A DNA stretch of 64,000 nt from an uncultured Opitutaceae bacterium (GCA_903862595.1 CAIOYO010000092.1:588-64587), one strand, 5' to 3'; positions 12,423 to 23,413 are shown, numbered from the stretch's first letter. Notes: generated from the letters alone by a model not told the origin. Numbers and translations: made by a program.

Positions 12423-12514
12423 GCGCCCTCAGTATGGCGGAGGATCGCGGGGGGTAAAGAGCCCTGTGCCCCGATTTCACTTCCCGCCGCAGGCCATTCG
12501 GGCTTCATGGGCGC

Positions 12515-13228
12515 ATGTCCAGCCCGCGCCCGCCCCGGGAAAACCTGCTGCTCAACTTAGTCTTCAACGTCGCCATCCCGTCGGTGCTCTTGTCCACCAT
12601 GAGCAAGCCGGAGCGGCTCGGACCGGTCTGGGGTCTGGTGGTTGCACTCGCATTCCCCATCGCGTACGGCATCGCCGACTTCGTGCGGCGACGTCAGGCG
12701 AACTTCATCTCGATCATCGGCTTCCTCAGCATCCTGCTCACCGGCGTCTTCGCCCTGATCCGTCTCGACCGCTTCTGGTTCGCCGTCAAGGAAGCCGCCC
12801 TGCCCGCCATCATCGGCATCTCGGTCCTCGCGTCGATGCGATCGAAAGTACCGCTGGTCCGACAACTTCTCTACAACGATCAGGTCATCGACGTGGAGCA
12901 GGTGGAAGCCGCTCTTGAATCGCGCGGGGCCCGGGCGGAGTTCGAGCAAGCGCTCCGGCAGGCCGGATTCTGGCTGACCGCCAGCTTCGCGCTGAGCGCG
13001 GTGCTGAACTTCTCGCTGGCGCGCTACCTCATTCGCAGCGACACCGGGACGCCCGCGTTCAACGAGGAACTGGCCCAGATGAATCTCTGGAGTTGGCCCG
13101 TGATTGTCATTCCGAGCGTCGCCATGACGATGTTCACCCTCTGGCAACTGGTGCGGGCGATCGTGCGGCTGACCGGCCTTTCTCAGGACGCGATCTTCCG
13201 CCAGAAATCCGCGCCACCCAGCCGCTGA
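12515..13228 (+). CDS. hypothetical polytopic inner-membrane protein (about 6 TM helices)
   Basis: 237-aa ORF with ATG at 12515. Four N-terminal and two C-terminal hydrophobic helices separated by a soluble loop. GC3-rich codon usage. Family not confidently recognised. Confidence 0.5.
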   Translation: MSSPRPPRENLLLNLVFNVAIPSVLLSTMSKPERLGPVWGLVVALAFPIAYGIADFVRRRQANFISIIGFLSILLTGVFALIRLDRFWFAVKEAALPAIIGISVLASMRSKVPLVRQLLYNDQVIDVEQVEAALESRGARAEFEQALRQAGFWLTASFALSAVLNFSLARYLIRSDTGTPAFNEELAQMNLWSWPVIVIPSVAMTMFTLWQLVRAIVRLTGLSQDAIFRQKSAPPSR

Positions 13229-13279
13229 CCCCGGCCGGGGCGGGTCGTGACCGCCCACGCCCGCCCGGCGATCCCAAGA

Positions 13280-14578
13280 TCAGCCGCGGAGATTGGTGGG
13301 AACGTAGTTCCGCTGCGGGTGACCCGCGTAGATCTGCCGGGGACGGTAGATCTTCAGCTTCGGATTGCGTGCGACCTCGTGCCACTGGGCGATCCAGCCC
13401 GGCATGCGGCCGATCGCAAACATCACCGTGAACATTTCCTCGGGGATACCGAGGGCGCGCATGATGAGACCGGAGTAGAAGTCGACGTTCGGGTAGAGCT
13501 TGCGGGAAATGAAGTAGTCATCGCTCAAGGCGACTTCCTCGAGCTTCATCGCGATGTTCAGCAGCGGGTCATCCTTGATGCCGAGTGACGCGAGGGCCTT
13601 GTAGAAGCTCGTCTTGATGATCTTCGCGCGCGGGTCGTAGTTCTTGTAGACGCGGTGACCGAAGCCCATGAGGCGCTCGCCCTTGCCCGACTTGGCGGCG
13701 GCGATGAACTTGGTGCCGTCGTCGCCCTCGGCGTGGATCGACTTGAGCATCTCGATCACCGCCATGTTCGCGCCGCCGTGGAGCGGACCCCACAGCGCAT
13801 TGACGCCGGCTGAAACCGAGGCGAAGAGATTCGCTCCCGCCGACGCCACCATGCGCACGGTGGAGGTGGAGCAGTTCTGCTCGTGATCCGCGTGGAGGAG
13901 GAGGAAGAGATTCAGGGCCGAAGCCACCTCGGGCGTCGCAACGTAATCGTTGTACGGCTCCGAGAACATCAGGTGGAGGAAATTGTCGCAGTAGTTGAGC
14001 GAGCGCTTCGGATGATTGAGCGGCAGGCCGCGGCTGATGCGGTACGAGTGCGCCGCGATCGTGCGCACCTTCGAGATCGCGATCGCGACCGCCTCCTCGA
14101 AGTGCTCTAGGTCACGCTGGTGATTGTTGGTGGCGAGATGCGGGTAGTAGCAGCCCAGCGCATTCATCAGGGCCGACAGCACGGCCATCGGATGCGCGGC
14201 CGGCGGAAAGCCTTGGAACAGTCGCGTCATGCCCTGATGCAAGGGCGCATGCTGCGTCAGCAGCGAAGAGAAATGTGTCCGCTGTTCCGGCGTCGGCAGC
14301 TCGCCGTGGATCACCAGGTAAGCCGTCTCAATGAAGTTCGATTTCTCCGCCAGTTGCTCGATTGGATAACCGCGGTAGCGCAGAATACCCTGCTCGCCAT
14401 CGATGTAGGTGATGGTGCTTTGGGCGGATCCGGTGTTGGCAAAGCCGTCGTCGAAGGTGATGTACCCGGTCTCCGCGCGCAGCTTGGAGATGTCCACCGC
14501 TCGCTCATTCTCCGTCCCGATGATGATGGGCAGGCTGAGCTCCTTGTCGTCGATTTTCAGGGTAGCGGTCTTGGGCAT
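13280..14578 (-). CDS. gltA: citrate synthase
   Basis: Internal ATG at 14578 of track ORF 13280..15256, giving 432 aa. [19 protein letters not shown]..., [30 protein letters not shown] motifs. Confidence 0.95.
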   Translation of the reverse strand: MPKTATLKIDDKELSLPIIIGTENERAVDISKLRAETGYITFDDGFANTGSAQSTITYIDGEQGILRYRGYPIEQLAEKSNFIETAYLVIHGELPTPEQRTHFSSLLTQHAPLHQGMTRLFQGFPPAAHPMAVLSALMNALGCYYPHLATNNHQRDLEHFEEAVAIAISKVRTIAAHSYRISRGLPLNHPKRSLNYCDNFLHLMFSEPYNDYVATPEVASALNLFLLLHADHEQNCSTSTVRMVASAGANLFASVSAGVNALWGPLHGGANMAVIEMLKSIHAEGDDGTKFIAAAKSGKGERLMGFGHRVYKNYDPRAKIIKTSFYKALASLGIKDDPLLNIAMKLEEVALSDDYFISRKLYPNVDFYSGLIMRALGIPEEMFTVMFAIGRMPGWIAQWHEVARNPKLKIYRPRQIYAGHPQRNYVPTNLRG

Positions 14579-14696
14579 AGGGATGACCGAAGCAAAATCC
14601 CCACCGCTTGCAAAGCAAAGTCGCCCGACCTCGCTTCCCCCCGGGAAGCAGAAGCAGGAGGCGCACAGCCCTTTAGCGGAAGTTGGGGGCGACCGC

Positions 14697-15356
14697 TCAG
14701 GTCGCCGCCACCTGCACGAAATTGCGGTAAATCTTGAGTCCAGCGGCCTGACTCTTCTCCGGGTGGAACTGGGTCGCGAACACCCGGCCCCGGGCGATCG
14801 CCGCACAGAAAGGACCGCCGTAGTCACATTCGGCCAAGACCAGCGACCGGTCCGCCGGCCGGCAGTGGTAGCTGTGGACAAAGTAGAAGGATTCGCCGGC
14901 AAGCGGCAGACCGACGGCCAGGGGAGAGCCCGGCTGAAGAAAACGCACGTCGTTCCAGCCCATGTGCGGGATCTTGAAGTCCGGGGGAAGCCGGAACCGG
15001 ACCACGTCCCCGGCAAAGATGCCCAAACCCTGCGTATTGCCCTCCTCCGAGCGATCGAAGAGGGCCTGCATGCCCAAGCAGACGCCAAGAAAGGGCCGGC
15101 CCGCCGCAATCCAGCGGCGCACACCGTCGTCGAGACCCGTGCGCTGCAGCGAAGCGACACAATCCCGTAACGCTCCGACCCCGGGCAACACCAAGCCACG
15201 CCACGGGGCCGAAGGCGCCTCCAGCTCTTCCCGAGTCCGAAGCACGCGCACCTCACCGCCAGAGGCCTCCAGCGCCTTGGTCACGCTACGGAGGTTGCAA
15301 ATTCCTGTATCAATGACTGCGATCACGGAAAAACGCCGTCCGAGGTTACTCAGCAC
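14697..15356 (-). CDS. hisH: imidazole glycerol phosphate synthase, glutamine amidotransferase subunit HisH
   Basis: [38 protein letters not shown]. Position 15356 is GTG; an alternative GTG at 15326 would give the typical MIAVID N-terminus. Confidence 0.9.
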   Translation of the reverse strand: MLSNLGRRFSVIAVIDTGICNLRSVTKALEASGGEVRVLRTREELEAPSAPWRGLVLPGVGALRDCVASLQRTGLDDGVRRWIAAGRPFLGVCLGMQALFDRSEEGNTQGLGIFAGDVVRFRLPPDFKIPHMGWNDVRFLQPGSPLAVGLPLAGESFYFVHSYHCRPADRSLVLAECDYGGPFCAAIARGRVFATQFHPEKSQAAGLKIYRNFVQVAAT

Positions 15357-15371
15357 ACCGAGCCGCGCGGC

Positions 15372-15968
15372 TCAGAGCACGCCCTTGGTGGAGGGCAGTT
15401 GGTCCGTCACGCGCGGGTCGATCTGCGTGGCCACGTCCAAGGCCTTGGCCAAGCCTTTGAAGATCGCCTCCGCCGCATGATGCGGCTCCTCGCCGTACTC
15501 GAGCTTCACGTGCAGGTTGCAGCCCAGCGCGTTGCTGAACGCCCGGGCAAACTCCTTCACGAGGATGAGATTGAAATCGCGGACGAAAGCATTCGGTACC
15601 GACGCCTCGTAAACGAGGCAGGCCCGTCCACTCAGGTCGACCACCACCCGCGCCAACGCCTCATCCATCGGGAGCAGGAAGAACCCGTAACGGCGAATGC
15701 CGCGCTTGTCACCCAAGGCCTGACGGAAGGCGTCACCGAGCACCAAGCCGACATCCTCGACCGTGTGGTGATAATCCACCGCCACGTCGCCGCGGCAGCG
15801 CACCTCGAGGTCGAACAAGCCATGCTTCGCGAAGAGCGTCAGCATGTGATCGAAGAACGGGATCCCGGTGTCGATCGTCGACGCTCCCGTGCCGTCAACC
15901 GCGAGGGTCAACGAAATGTCGGTCTCCGCGGTCTTCCGCGTGAGGGTCAGTGAGCGTGTTTTTGCCAT
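15372..15968 (-). CDS. hisB: imidazoleglycerol-phosphate dehydratase
   Basis: Internal ATG at 15968 of track ORF 15372..16187. [41 protein letters not shown]. Confidence 0.95.
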   Translation of the reverse strand: MAKTRSLTLTRKTAETDISLTLAVDGTGASTIDTGIPFFDHMLTLFAKHGLFDLEVRCRGDVAVDYHHTVEDVGLVLGDAFRQALGDKRGIRRYGFFLLPMDEALARVVVDLSGRACLVYEASVPNAFVRDFNLILVKEFARAFSNALGCNLHVKLEYGEEPHHAAEAIFKGLAKALDVATQIDPRVTDQLPSTKGVL

Positions 15969-17056
15969 GCGAGAAGGACGTCGTCCACGGCCGCCATGTC
16001 CGCGTCCGTTCCCACGCTGATGCGGAGGAAGGAAGCGGTCAAGGGATGGTTCGGGAACGACCGGACCAGGATCCGACGGGCTCGGAGCGCCTCGTCCAAC
16101 GAGCGAGCCACCGCCACACCGGTCTCGCCCCGGGCGTTGCGTGGCTCGACGAAAATGAAGTTCGCTTCCGATGGGTAGGCGAACCAACCCAGTCCCTCGG
16201 CCCAGGCCTGCCAGCAGCGGTCCCGGGTCGCCCGCACCCGAGCAATCAGGTCCGCGTAGTAGGCCGTGTCCTGAAGCGCCGCGATCGCGCCGACCTGCGA
16301 CAGGCGGTTCACGTTGTAGCTATCCCGCACGCGGTCGAGGAAGCCGATCATCTCCGGATGCGCCAAGGCATAGCCCACGCGGAGACCAGCGAGCGCATGC
16401 GCCTTCGAAAGGGTCCGGACGATCACCAGACGGGGATGACGCGCCAGCAGCGAAACACCGTCGTGGCGGGCGAAGGGCGCGTAGGCTTCGTCGAGCACGA
16501 GCACCCCCGCGAACCGGGCGAGGACGTCCTCGATTTCCGCAGCGCTGAACCCCACGCCCGTCGGCGCATTCGGCGAAGTCAGGAAGAACGCGCGCGCGGG
16601 CGATGCCGCGATCTGCGCCACGGGTAGCCGCATGCTGCGGTCAAATGGGATCGTTTCCGATCGACCATCCTGGATCCCCACCAACACCGGATAGAGCGAA
16701 TAGCTGGGGAACGTGAAACCCGTCGCCGCGCCACCACCACCGAAGCAACGCACCAGCAGATTGAGCACGTCGTCAGATCCGTTGCCGACCAGCACGTTCT
16801 CAGCCGTCAGGCCCTGCCCATGGTACGCCGCCACCGCCGCGCGAACCGCCACGCTCGAGGGATTCGGGTAAAGCCGCAGCCGCGCGCCACCCTCCGCCAA
16901 CTCGCGCTGAATCGCCTCCGCGACGCGTGGGCTCGGGGGATAACCGGACTCATTCGTGTTGAGTTTGATCCAGCCCGACTCACCCGGCTGCTGGCCGGGA
17001 GTGTAGGCATGGAGCCGTGCGATGTGCGGCAGGACGAGGTCGGAAAGGGAGGACAT
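15947..17056 (-). CDS. hisC: histidinol-phosphate aminotransferase
   Basis: Class-II aminotransferase pattern (YPNPS..., [28 protein letters not shown]). ATG at 17056; an alternative GTG at 17086 overlaps the hisD stop. The 3' end overlaps the hisB start by 22 nt. Confidence 0.9.
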   Translation of the reverse strand: MSSLSDLVLPHIARLHAYTPGQQPGESGWIKLNTNESGYPPSPRVAEAIQRELAEGGARLRLYPNPSSVAVRAAVAAYHGQGLTAENVLVGNGSDDVLNLLVRCFGGGGAATGFTFPSYSLYPVLVGIQDGRSETIPFDRSMRLPVAQIAASPARAFFLTSPNAPTGVGFSAAEIEDVLARFAGVLVLDEAYAPFARHDGVSLLARHPRLVIVRTLSKAHALAGLRVGYALAHPEMIGFLDRVRDSYNVNRLSQVGAIAALQDTAYYADLIARVRATRDRCWQAWAEGLGWFAYPSEANFIFVEPRNARGETGVAVARSLDEALRARRILVRSFPNHPLTASFLRISVGTDADMAAVDDVLLAWQKHAH

Positions 17057-17082
17057 GGGGGGACGCGATGCCAGCGCGCGAC

Positions 17083-18411
17083 TCACTCGACGCGAACCGC
17101 CACCGAACGACCGTGCGCCGCGAGTTGCTCCATGGCCGCAAACGCCGCCACAACCGGTGCGGCCTTGCGCAGGCTGTTCAGGTCATACGCCAAGACGCTC
17201 GTCCGCCGCATGAAGTCTGCCACGCGCAGGCCGCTGAGGAAGCGCCCCGCCCCGCCGGTGGGCAGCACGTGGCTCGGACCCGCCGCGAAATCGCCCACGG
17301 CGGTCGGCGTGAAGTTGCCCTGCATGATCGCCCCCGCAGTCGTGATCGCACGCGTCAGCCGAACCTGCGCCGCCGGACGCACCAGCAGCTCCAGATGCTC
17401 CGGCGCGACCCGGTTGGCGACCATCACCGCCTCGTCCAACGAACGCACCACCACGGCGAGGAACCCGGCCTCCAGCACGGGACGGATCCGGTCGGCCCGC
17501 GGCAGGGTCTTGAGCTGGCGCTCTACCTCCGCCGCGATGCGGGTGATGACGCGACGAGACGTGGCTACAAGATAGATCTTTTCCCGGCCGCTGCCGTGTT
17601 CCGCCTGCGCGAGGAGGTCCGCGGCCGCATAGCGCGGAACCGCGCTCTCGTCGGCGATCACCATGACCTCGCTGGGACCCGGAAGAGAATCGACGCCGAC
17701 CGTCCCAAAGACTTGGCGCTTCGCCTCGCAGACGTACGCGTTGCCTGGTCCAAAGACCTTGTCGACCGGACGGATCGTGGCCGTGCCGTAAGCCATGGCC
17801 CCGACCGCCTGCACCCCACCGATGCGATAAACCTCCTTCACCCCGGCAAGCGCGAGCGCCCCGAGCAAGTGCGACGAGACCTCGCCCTCGGCATTGGAAG
17901 GCGTGAAAGCGGCGATCTCCGGACAACCCGCGATCTTCGCCAGCGTGACGGTCATCAACACCGTCGACACCAACGGCACCTGTCCCCCGGGGACGTACAC
18001 CCCGACCCTCTGCAGCGGAAAGTGCCGCTCACCGACGCGCGCGCCATGCGGGTTGCGCGCCATCCAACCCTTCGGTAGGCTCCGGCGGTTGAACGCCAGC
18101 ACGGCCGCGAGCGCCGCGCGGATCGCGCGCCGTTCGGCCACCGGCAAGCCGGATGCCGCGGCCTTCAACTCGGCTTCCGAAACCCGGAAGCGGCGTGGAG
18201 TCAGACGGGCCCGGTCAAACTTCGCCACGTACTCCACCACGGCCGCATCCCCGCGCTGACGGACGTCCGCGAGGATCGCCGCCACCGAAGCGGAAACGGC
18301 AGCGGACGCCGACGCTGAATCGGCGAAAGCCCGCAGCTGCGAAGCAAAGGTACGGTCGTTGAAGGAAAGAAGGCGCACGGGAAGTCGGGATGCGGAAGCA
18401 CCCCGAGCCAA
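17083..18411 (-). CDS. hisD: histidinol dehydrogenase
   Basis: RVGVYVPGG, GPGNAYV, DSLPGPSEVMVIAD, QAEHG, APEHLEL. Position 18411 is TTG; GTG at 18378 is an alternative start. Confidence 0.92.
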   Translation of the reverse strand: MARGASASRLPVRLLSFNDRTFASQLRAFADSASASAAVSASVAAILADVRQRGDAAVVEYVAKFDRARLTPRRFRVSEAELKAAASGLPVAERRAIRAALAAVLAFNRRSLPKGWMARNPHGARVGERHFPLQRVGVYVPGGQVPLVSTVLMTVTLAKIAGCPEIAAFTPSNAEGEVSSHLLGALALAGVKEVYRIGGVQAVGAMAYGTATIRPVDKVFGPGNAYVCEAKRQVFGTVGVDSLPGPSEVMVIADESAVPRYAAADLLAQAEHGSGREKIYLVATSRRVITRIAAEVERQLKTLPRADRIRPVLEAGFLAVVVRSLDEAVMVANRVAPEHLELLVRPAAQVRLTRAITTAGAIMQGNFTPTAVGDFAAGPSHVLPTGGAGRFLSGLRVADFMRRTSVLAYDLNSLRKAAPVVAAFAAMEQLAAHGRSVAVRVE

Positions 18412-18450
18412 GCGGACCGCACGGAACGCGGCAACGACGAACGCGCGCGC

Positions 18451-19989
18451 TTACTCCCACTCGATCGTCGCAGGCGGCTTGGAACTGATGTCCAGCACCA
18501 CACGCGACACCCCCCGCACCTCGTTGGTGATGCGAGAGGAAATCTTCTGCAGCAGATCGTAGGGCAGCCGGCTCCAATCCGCCGTCATGGCATCACGCGA
18601 CTCGACGATGCGCAGGCCGATGACGTCGGCGTAGTTCCGCTCATCACCGATCACCCCAACGGACTTTACGGGAAGGTAGACCGCGAACGACTGCCAGACC
18701 TTCCAGTACCATTCGCTGGCCATCATCTCCTCCTGCACGATCGCATCCGCCTCGCGCAGCACGTCGAGGCGCTCGCGAGTGATGTCGCCCACCACGCGCA
18801 CCCCCAGACCCGGCCCGGGGAACGGCTGGCGCCACACCACCTCGCGCGGCAAACCGAGGGCGGATCCGACGGCGCGGACCTCGTCCTTGAACAATTCGCG
18901 CAGCGGCTCGAGCAGCTTGAGCTTCATGCGCTCCGGAAGTCCCCCGACATTGTGATGGGACTTGATCAAGGCGGCGGGATTGCCGGCGATGGCGACGGAT
19001 TCAATCACATCCGGGTAGAGCGTACCCTGGGCGAGGAACTCAGCCTCACCCACGCTGCGCAACGACCGTTCAAAGACCTCCACGAAGGTGTTACCGATGA
19101 TCTTGCGCTTGCGCTCAGGATCAGTGACCCCCTTGAGCCGACGCAGGAAGAGGGCCGACGCGTCGACCACCCTCACATCGATGCGAAAGTGTTTCCGGTA
19201 GAGCTCCTCGACCACGGCGCGCTCGCCCTTCCGCAGGAGACCATTGTCGACAAACACGCAGGTGAGCCGGCGCCCGATCGCCTGGTGGATCAGCGCGGCG
19301 GCCACCGATGAATCGACCCCGCCGGAGAGACCGAGCAGCACGCGGGACTTCCCAACGGTCGTGCGAATGTTGGCGACGGCATGCTTGATGAAATCCTTGG
19401 TCGTCCAGTCCTGACGAGCGCCACACACCCCGACGAGGAAGTTGCGGAGCACGTCGACCCCACGCTCGGAGTGCGAGACCTCCGGATGAAACTGGATGCC
19501 GAAGAAACTGCGGCGACGGTCCTCAATGGCGGCGAACGGTGAATTCTCGGTCGTGCCGATGGCGACGAATCCAGGCGGCAGCGCGGTGAGCTTGTCGCCG
19601 TGGGAATTCCAGACGGTGAGTTGCCGGGGCAGCTTCGCGAACAGACGGCCCGGGCGCTGGATCCGCAGCGTGCCATTGCCGTACTCGCGGCGCTCGCCGC
19701 GCGCGACCGTACCGCCGAGCAAGCGGCCCATGAGTTGGATCCCGTAGCAGATACCCAGCACCGGGACCCCCAGATCGAAGATCGCACGGTCGGGCATCGG
19801 CGCTCCCTTGGCGAACACGCTGCTCGGCCCGCCGGAGAGGATGATGCCGATGACCCCATCGGCCTTGAGGGTGGCGGCGGAGGTGCCGAACGGATAGATC
19901 TTGGAGTAGACGTTGCACTCCCGGATGCGGCGCGCGATGACCTGCGTGTACTGGGATCCGAAATCGAGGACGGCGATCGTCTGGTTCAT
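18451..19989 (-). CDS. guaA: GMP synthase (glutamine-hydrolysing)
   Basis: GATase domain (GICYGIQ, FHPE), ATP-pyrophosphatase SGGVDSSV, C-terminal dimerisation domain ending ...PATIEWE. Confidence 0.97.
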   Translation of the reverse strand: MNQTIAVLDFGSQYTQVIARRIRECNVYSKIYPFGTSAATLKADGVIGIILSGGPSSVFAKGAPMPDRAIFDLGVPVLGICYGIQLMGRLLGGTVARGERREYGNGTLRIQRPGRLFAKLPRQLTVWNSHGDKLTALPPGFVAIGTTENSPFAAIEDRRRSFFGIQFHPEVSHSERGVDVLRNFLVGVCGARQDWTTKDFIKHAVANIRTTVGKSRVLLGLSGGVDSSVAAALIHQAIGRRLTCVFVDNGLLRKGERAVVEELYRKHFRIDVRVVDASALFLRRLKGVTDPERKRKIIGNTFVEVFERSLRSVGEAEFLAQGTLYPDVIESVAIAGNPAALIKSHHNVGGLPERMKLKLLEPLRELFKDEVRAVGSALGLPREVVWRQPFPGPGLGVRVVGDITRERLDVLREADAIVQEEMMASEWYWKVWQSFAVYLPVKSVGVIGDERNYADVIGLRIVESRDAMTADWSRLPYDLLQKISSRITNEVRGVSRVVLDISSKPPATIEWE

Positions 19990-20045
19990 GGGGCGAGGAG
20001 CGGTGCTAACAAACGAGTGACCCGAGTGGCGGGAGAGGCAAGCGC

Positions 20046-20273
20046 CTAGAAACGCAAGCGCCCCTGTGATTTACCGCACAACGGGCAATGGGCGGTTTCC
20101 GCGCCGGGCGCGCCCTCGTAGGGCCGCTGGCAGCGCGGGCAGAAAAACGCGTGCCGACGGCCTGGGCGGGATAATCGCCGCGGACGGATGCGATCGTAGT
20201 ACACCCAGAGCCCCAGGTACAGGAGGCCGACCGCGAGGCAGTAAGCGACGGCGGCATGGGTGAAATCGAGCAC
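20046..20273 (-). CDS. small hypothetical protein: N-terminal TM helix + C-terminal CxxC...CxxC zinc-ribbon
   Basis: 75 codons with a GTG start at 20273 and no in-frame ATG. GC3-rich codon usage typical of local genes. [19 protein letters not shown] helix followed by [23 protein letters not shown]. Lies 56 nt upstream of guaA. Confidence 0.4.
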   Translation of the reverse strand: MLDFTHAAVAYCLAVGLLYLGLWVYYDRIRPRRLSRPGRRHAFFCPRCQRPYEGAPGAETAHCPLCGKSQGRLRF

Positions 20274-20333
20274 GGGAACAAAACATGGAGGGCACCGCGC
20301 TCCGGCTCAAGTCGGCTCGCGGCGCCCGGTGGG

Positions 20334-20364
20334 AACAAAAAGCGCCGAACCGAAGTTCGGCGCT
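20334..20364 (-). terminator. rho-independent terminator downstream of rplQ
   Basis: Perfect 10-bp stem AGCGCCGAAC/GTTCGGCGCT (20341-20350 / 20355-20364) with a 4-nt loop, followed on the minus strand by TTTTTGTTCCC. Confidence 0.8.
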
Positions 20365-20402
20365 GTGCCGGAAACGTCCGATCTGAAGGAGACCGGGCCC
20401 GC

Positions 20403-20879
20403 TTAGGCGGAGGCCGCCGGGGCAGCCTCGGCGTCGGCGTTCGCCTTGGCCGGCTTGGCGGCCTTGCGACCCTTGGACTTCTTGTAGCCCACGTCGTCGG
20501 CCTTGATGAACTCGATTAGCGCCATCTCGGCGGCATCGCCGCGGCGCTGCTCGCTCAGCTTGTAGATGCGGGTGTAGCCGCCCGGACGGTTGGCGAACTC
20601 CTTGCACTTCTCATCGAAGAGCGCGGTGATCGCAGCCTCGTCACGGACATCGCGGAGGGCGAGACGACGGAGATGCAGCTTGTCCTTCTTTTCGGTGGCG
20701 ACCGCGGCCTTCTTGGCCTTGGTGATGACCTTCTCGACGAACGGACGAAGCGCCTTGGCCTTCGTGAGCGTGGTCTTGATCCGGCCGTGCTCGATCAGCG
20801 AGGCCGCGAGATTGGAGAGCATGGCGGCGCGGTGTTCCCGCGTGACGCCGAGCGATGCATGATGCTTATTATGACGCAT
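20403..20879 (-). CDS. rplQ: 50S ribosomal protein L17 (with Lys/Ala-rich C-terminal tail)
   Basis: MRHNKHHASLGVTREHRAAMLSNLAASLIEHGRIKTTLTKAKALRPFVEKVIT. Confidence 0.95.
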   Translation of the reverse strand: MRHNKHHASLGVTREHRAAMLSNLAASLIEHGRIKTTLTKAKALRPFVEKVITKAKKAAVATEKKDKLHLRRLALRDVRDEAAITALFDEKCKEFANRPGGYTRIYKLSEQRRGDAAEMALIEFIKADDVGYKKSKGRKAAKPAKANADAEAAPAASA

Positions 20880-21017
20880 GGGTGTGGTGTTTTGATCGGT
20901 CCCCGATCGGCAACCCGGTCGCAGCGTTGGGCGGCAGCGGGCGGCGCGAGGGCCGGAAAGTTAGGATGAGCCCACCGCGCCGGCCATCGGGAAGACGACC
21001 GGGCGGCGTGCGAAGGT

Positions 21018-22019
21018 TCAGGACTCCTTCTTGGTATCGAGGAGACGCTCGTCGAACTTCATGCCGAGCGACAGGCCCAGCGCTTCGAGCTTCTCCTTGA
21101 TCTCGTTGAGCGACTTCTTGCCGAAGTTGCGGTACTTGAGCATCTCCTGCTCCGTCTTCATGGCGAGTTCGCCGACGGTGGTGATGTTCGCGTTGTTCAA
21201 GCAATTCGCCGCGCGGACGGAGAGCTCGATTTCGTTGACCGACATGTTGAGGAGCTTGCGGAGCTTGTTCTGCTCCTCGCTGACCTCGGACTGCTGGTTC
21301 TCGAACTCGTAGGCCTCGTCGCTGACGCGATCGAAGACATCGAGGTGGTGCTTGAGGATGGAGGCGGACTGCTTGAGTGCCTCATCGGGGGCGATGCGGC
21401 CATCCGTCCAGACCTCGAGGATCAGCTTGTCGTAATCGGTGATCTGGCCGACGCGGGTATTCTCGACCGCGTACTTGACCAGCTTGACGGGCGAGAAGAG
21501 GGAATCGATCGGAATGACGCCGATCGCCTGGTCTTCCTTCTTGTTCTGTTCACCCGGGTAGTAGCCACGGCCGGTCTTGATCTCAATTTCCGCCGAGAAG
21601 GCGCGGGACTTATCGAGCGTGCAGATCACCTGGCCGGGATTGACGATGGTGATGTTCGAATCGGCCTGGATGTCGGCCGCCGTGACCGGACCATCGCGGT
21701 TGACCTTGATCTGGAGGGTGATCGGTTCGCGCTTCTGCGAGACGATGAGCACCTTCTTGAGATTGAGGACGATGTCGGTGACATCCTCGACGACGCCATC
21801 GACGCTCTGGAACTCGTGGTTCACGCCGTCGATGCGGATGGAGGAGATGGCGGAGCCCTCGATGGAGCTCAGCAGGACGCGGCGGAGAGAGTTACCGACG
21901 GTGTGTCCGTAGCCGGCTTCGAACGGCTCGGCGATGAACTTGGCATAGGTGGCGGTGGCGCCTTCCTCGACTTTGGTGAGCTTGTTCGGGAGTTCGAACT
22001 TTCCGAGGCGTTTGGGCAT
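21018..22019 (-). CDS. rpoA: DNA-directed RNA polymerase subunit alpha
   Basis: N-terminal assembly domain (GHTVGNSLRRVLLSSIEG) and C-terminal domain (ELSVRAANCLNNANITTVGEL). Confidence 0.97.
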   Translation of the reverse strand: MPKRLGKFELPNKLTKVEEGATATYAKFIAEPFEAGYGHTVGNSLRRVLLSSIEGSAISSIRIDGVNHEFQSVDGVVEDVTDIVLNLKKVLIVSQKREPITLQIKVNRDGPVTAADIQADSNITIVNPGQVICTLDKSRAFSAEIEIKTGRGYYPGEQNKKEDQAIGVIPIDSLFSPVKLVKYAVENTRVGQITDYDKLILEVWTDGRIAPDEALKQSASILKHHLDVFDRVSDEAYEFENQQSEVSEEQNKLRKLLNMSVNEIELSVRAANCLNNANITTVGELAMKTEQEMLKYRNFGKKSLNEIKEKLEALGLSLGMKFDERLLDTKKES

Positions 22020-22110
22020 GGCGGGGAGCGGATGAGGGATGGAGGTTGGTCCGGTCGGAGGCGGCCTGGCGGCGGCGAGGCGTGGAAGGCGCCCTTTGAC
22101 CGGGACCAGG

Positions 22111-22722
22111 TTAGAAGCGCGAGTAGAACTCGACGATCAACTGCTCGTTGATCGTGGGATCCATCTCTTCGCGCGTGGGCAGACGATTGACGACTGCCTT
22201 GAAGTTCTCGGCGTTGAGCGTGAGCCAGCCGGGGACGTTGCGCATCCGGTTCTCCTCGAGATTGCGGGTCGCGATCTGGCGGGAGCTCGGCGTGTTCTTG
22301 ATCTCGATTTCCTCGCCGGCACGGACGTTGTAGCTCGCGATGTCGACCTTGTGGCCATTCACACGGACGTGGCCGTGGTTGACCATCTGGCGGGCGGCAG
22401 CGCGGCTCTTGGCGAATCCGAGCAGATAGACCACGCTATCGAGGCGGGTCTCAAGCAACTGCAGGAAACGCTCGCCGGTGACGCCGCGCTCGCTCTTGGC
22501 GATCTCGAAGACGCGACGGAACTGGCGCTCGAGCAGACCGTAGATGTAACGGAGCTTCTGCTTCTCGTTCAGACCGACGGCGTACTCGGAGAGCTTGCGG
22601 CGGTTTTTCGGGCCGTGCTGGCCGGGGGGGAAAGGACGACGCTCGTACGCCTTGGTCGCGCCGAAAATCGGCTGACCGAAACGACGACTCATGCGGGTGG
22701 TAGGACCTGTGTAGCGGGCCAT
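22111..22722 (-). CDS. rpsD: 30S ribosomal protein S4
   Basis: MARYTGPTTRMSRRFG..., LSEYAVGLNEKQKLRYIYG, S4 RNA-binding domain RLDSVVY...ARQMVNHGHVRVNG. Confidence 0.96.
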   Translation of the reverse strand: MARYTGPTTRMSRRFGQPIFGATKAYERRPFPPGQHGPKNRRKLSEYAVGLNEKQKLRYIYGLLERQFRRVFEIAKSERGVTGERFLQLLETRLDSVVYLLGFAKSRAAARQMVNHGHVRVNGHKVDIASYNVRAGEEIEIKNTPSSRQIATRNLEENRMRNVPGWLTLNAENFKAVVNRLPTREEMDPTINEQLIVEFYSRF

Positions 22723-22771
22723 GATGTACCTTGGCTTTTAAAGGATGGAAAGGAGGGTGGAGACCGCTCGC

Positions 22772-23404
22772 TTAGACGCGGCGGCGCTTGCGCGGACGGC
22801 AGCCATTGTGCGGGATCGGCGTCACGTCGACAATCGACGTGATCTCGAGCCCGATGGCCTGGAGGGCGCGGACGGCGCTGTCACGTCCGAGGCCGGGGCC
22901 GGAGACGCGGATGACGACATCCTTGAGACCATGGGACATCGCGTTGCGCGCGGCATCCTGAGCGACGACCTGGGCGGCGTAGGCGGTGGACTTGCGGGAA
23001 CCGCGGAAGTTGCACTTGCCGGCGCTCGACCAAGCGATCACCTGACCCTTGAGGTCGGTGATGGACACGATCGTGTTGTTGAAGGAGGCGAGGACGTTGA
23101 CGAAGCCCGTGGTGACGTTCTTCGAGCCCTTGGCCTTACGGATCTTGATCGCTCCCAGCTCCTCCTTGAGGAGCTCCTCAGCGGTCGGCTGACGGGCGAC
23201 TCCGCCCACCAGTTCAACCGGCTTGGCAGGGGCGGCAGCCGCGCCCTCTGCCGCGGGAGCGGCAGCCGGGGCAGCGGCGTCGGCTGCCGGAGCAGCGGAC
23301 TTCGCGCCCTTGGCGGGCTTCTTTTCGGCGGGAGCAGCACCCTCGGGGGCAGCAGCCGGCTTGGGGGACTTCTCCTTGGCGGGACCTGACTTTTCTTCGG
23401 CCAT
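22772..23404 (-). CDS. rpsK: 30S ribosomal protein S11 with ~80-aa Ala/Pro/Lys-rich N-terminal extension
   Basis: Core [18 protein letters not shown]...[11 protein letters not shown]...[16 protein letters not shown]. 210 aa against ~130 aa typical. Confidence 0.95.
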   Translation of the reverse strand: MAEEKSGPAKEKSPKPAAAPEGAAPAEKKPAKGAKSAAPAADAAAPAAAPAAEGAAAAPAKPVELVGGVARQPTAEELLKEELGAIKIRKAKGSKNVTTGFVNVLASFNNTIVSITDLKGQVIAWSSAGKCNFRGSRKSTAYAAQVVAQDAARNAMSHGLKDVVIRVSGPGLGRDSAVRALQAIGLEITSIVDVTPIPHNGCRPRKRRRV

Positions 23405-23413
23405 GACGGTAAA

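Noticed and set aside
13280-15256. 658-aa ORF suggesting a citrate synthase with a 226-aa N-terminal extension
   Set aside because: The extension overlaps hisH out of frame and is Arg/Pro/Ser-rich nonsense. The conserved citrate synthase begins at the internal ATG at 14578 ([11 protein letters not shown]...), giving the normal ~432 aa.
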